Assembly (NCBI RefSeq): GCF_009914755.1
Contig: NC_060936.1
Source: the human T2T-CHM13v2.0 reference genome, Homo sapiens
Reading direction: 5' to 3' (one strand)
Length of the DNA stretch: 64,000 nt
Positions within the stretch are counted from its first letter, which is position 1. The number at the start of each line of letters is the position of its first letter. Positions 60,100-64,000 of this stretch are shown piece after piece. Both the position numbers and the translations under genes were made by a program. The notes beneath the pieces are model-generated. The model saw only the letters and a list, made by a program, of their open reading frames with translations, ran no database searches and was not told the DNA's origin.

Positions 60100-61016
60100 G
60101 TTGGTATAATCCGATTGTTATTTTAGCTCTCACCCTTGTGTTAATAAGATGTGTGAGTTAAGCAGATTTGGTGGGGTGGGGTAGACTGGGGGCAGCACTC
60201 CATTGTGAATTGGGATTACAGAATCAAAGCATCATAACCACAGAAATATGATCAGGGCTGTTAGTAACCAGGAGGAATAAATCTCTCAAGTGAACTGGGT
60301 GTGAAGTACAGGTCTCCAAGTTATTCTTTATGTATGGCTTCAAAGTGGCTCTGTCAGCTGATTAATTATATTGGGTCTGGGTGTCTTAAAATATAAATGT
60401 CTGGATTTGAAATTATTTTATATTTGGAAACATGAAGTTTACTGACTGGTGTTAATGGTATTTTTTTCTGCTAAGATGGTTATTTTAATTTTAGTAGTAA
60501 TAAAGGTTTAAAAAAAGAACTATTTTCACATGTGGTCGTTACTTTATTCTGAAGAGATTCTTTCTCCCTTTTTCTGTTAATTTGGACTCAGATCTTTTAT
60601 TTGCCCTGTGATCCAGCTAGTCTGGCTTTTTAAGAATATCTTGAACTTTTGGCTAGACATGCTATTTCTGTGCTGTGATTATAAAAGCATTTAGTTTTAT
60701 TTTTTTGGTTAGGGACTTCCGGGGTTTACAAAAACTGATTTTCATATTCCGTGTGCCTGACTCCCTTTTATGGACAATAACTGGTCTGATTCTCAAAGGA
60801 ACCTTTGTTTTCAGACGAAATATGCCCCACCCAGGTTATCCTCTGGACTGAAGCCTCTTACCACCTGGCCTTTGGTATTGCTCATTTCTCTTTTTCCTAA
60901 GACATTGACAATGGAACGTCAAGAAAGTTTTTGTGTTCTTTTCCTGACCTTGTCAGTTGGATGCTTTAGTTCTTTAAGTTACAGCCTTTTGTGTATAAGC
61001 ATTCAAGGCTCATGTA

Positions 61017-61325
61017 TTTCTTTTTTTTTTTTTTTTTTTTTTGAGTCAGGGTCTCACTGTGCCGCCCAACCTGGAGTGCAGTGGTGCGAACTCGGCTCAC
61101 TGCAACCTCCGCCTCCCAGGTTCAAGCGATTTCTCATGTCTCAGCCTCCTGAGTAGCTGGGATTACAGGCACGTGCCCCCATGCCCAGCTAATTTTTGTA
61201 TTTTTGGTAGAGGTGGTGTTTTGCCATGTTGGCCAGGCTGGTCTTGAACTCCTGACCTCAGTTGATATGCCTGCCTTAGCATCCCAAAGTGCTGGAATTA
61301 CAGGCCTGAGCCGCCGCACCCGGCC
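61017..61325 (-). mobile_element. AluS element
   Basis: Reverse dimer; TSD-like tcaaggct(c/t)at(g/a)tatt. Confidence 0.95.
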
Positions 61326-62038
61326 TCAAGGCTTATATATTCCTAAGTACTGTTTTTGTTTGCATGCCCGTAGTTTTGACACGTGGTAATGTGGTAAGCA
61401 TTCAGCACCAAGTATTTTCAATTCCCATTGAGTGACTTCCATTATAAATGCTTTTGTGTTCTGTCAGTATGGTTTATTTGATGATACTTCTTTGAAATGT
61501 GTTAATTATGGTCAGTTTTTATAATTCTTCCATTGTATGCTTCAGAAAAATGTATAATCCGTCATTGTTGGGACTGGAATTATATATAAAATAATCAGCC
61601 TTCTTGATTTTGTTTTTCAAATCTTACACACTTTATTAGCTTTATAAATGCACTAGTTTGCCTGCATGTCCTAAATATCAATTTATGAGTGCAGTATTTT
61701 TAATTTCCTGCTGCAGTGGCCAGTTTGCCCTTTAATACTTGGAATTCTATCCATTTTTGGTTTCTATGTTCTGCTTTTGTATCGACTGAGGTTACTTTAT
61801 TAGGCTTATACAAGTTTAAATGATTACATCTTCTGAGTAAATTGGATCACTGATTTTCTTATAGTGGTCCCCAAATCCTTAGTGAGACTTTTGTCATGAA
61901 GTCTTATTTTTCTGACAGTAATATAGCTACTTGAGCTGTTTTGGGGATGGAATTTCACTGGTATGTATTTTTCCATCTCATTCCTTTCACTCTTTGTGTA
62001 TACTCATGTTTAAGTGTTATCTCATAAATAGTATGTAG

Positions 62039-62913
<875 letters not shown>

Positions 62914-62934
62914 TAAAATTCTTACCCTCATACC

Positions 62935-63265
62935 TGTCTTAGCCAAGGCTGCTGTAACAGAGTATCATGGACCCAGTGGCTTAAACAATACACAGTTCTA
63001 GAGACTGTGAATTCCAAGATCAGGGTGCCAGCAGATCCAGTGTCTGTGGAGGACCTGATTCCTGGTTTGCGGACTGCTGTCTTCTGGTTAATATCCTCAC
63101 ATGGCAGAGAGATAGATTGAGAACACTTATAAGGACACTAATCCTGTTCATGAGGGCTCCACCCTAGGATCTAATCACCTCCCAAAGGCCTGCCTCCTAA
63201 TACGATCACATTGAGGGTTAGGATGTCAACATTTGAATTTTGGGGGGACACATTTACTCTGACAA
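62935..63265 (-). mobile_element. MLT1A/MST-like MaLR LTR
   Basis: ggctgctgtaacagagta...ccaagatcagggtgccagcagat...ctaatcacctcccaaaggcc...tgaattttgggggg. Confidence 0.8.
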
Positions 63266-63824
63266 TACCTAATAAAGTATAATATTAATATCCCCTCTTC
63301 CAAAAAATACAAAGAACTTGTCTAGTCGCTTAGTCCTGTCTTTTTTTAATTGCTTGAGGTAGACATTATTATCTTCATTTGTTTAGATGGCATTTAAATT
63401 TATGAATATATTTGCAAGTTTCTCTGCTCCTCATTTGTTTTCGTCTCAGACCATTCCTGAAGTACGTTCTTTGAAAAGTCCTCTAGTGTGTGTAGAGCAG
63501 CTGGTGGTAAACATAGTGGCTTCAGTCGGTACACACTTGTAACTGATGATTCTCTCAGCACTTGGAAGATAGCATTCTGCAGTTTTGGTTCCATTTTTCC
63601 TGTTAAGAGATTTCTATCAGCTAAATGGTGTTCCATGGTAGGAAATATGTCTTTCTCTGTAACTTCCTTTAAACTCTTCAATTTTGATATTCTTTAGTTT
63701 CTCATAATATATCTAGGAGGAATTTTTTTTTTAATGTATCCTGCTTGATGTACATGTGTTTTCTTATTCTGTGAAATTCTTAGCTATTTTCTTTTCATAT
63801 TCCTCTCCTTCATTTTTTCTGTTC

Positions 63825-64000
<176 letters not shown>

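Overview
Human genomic DNA from the CCND2-TIGAR region (chr12p13, recognised from the encoded proteins). The window holds the CpG-island promoter and complete 5-exon cyclin D2 gene on the + strand. Its CDS is join(2800..2994,4764..4979,7521..7680,17603..17751,28643..28792), 289 aa, followed by a ~5.3 kb miRNA-site-rich 3'UTR ending near 34135. A repeat-rich ~15 kb intergenic stretch follows, then the TIGAR CpG-island promoter and coding exons 1-2 (50055..50086, 60062..60099). TIGAR intron 1 carries a consensus p53 element and an antisense processed RPS15 retrocopy with an intact ORF. About 29 Alus plus L1/L2/MIR/MER5/LTR fragments are present. This is a well-studied locus and I found no convincing wholly new gene. 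The best second-look items are an LTR10 with a 28-bp AP-1-type VNTR next to the TIGAR promoter, a nested palindrome enclosed by inverted Alus at ~45.3-45.5 kb, several routes to cyclin D2 isoforms lacking the T280 degron, a 5'UTR fully open in frame with the CDS, and the ORF-intact RPS15 retrocopy. Repeat subfamily names are by eye and their boundaries are approximate.
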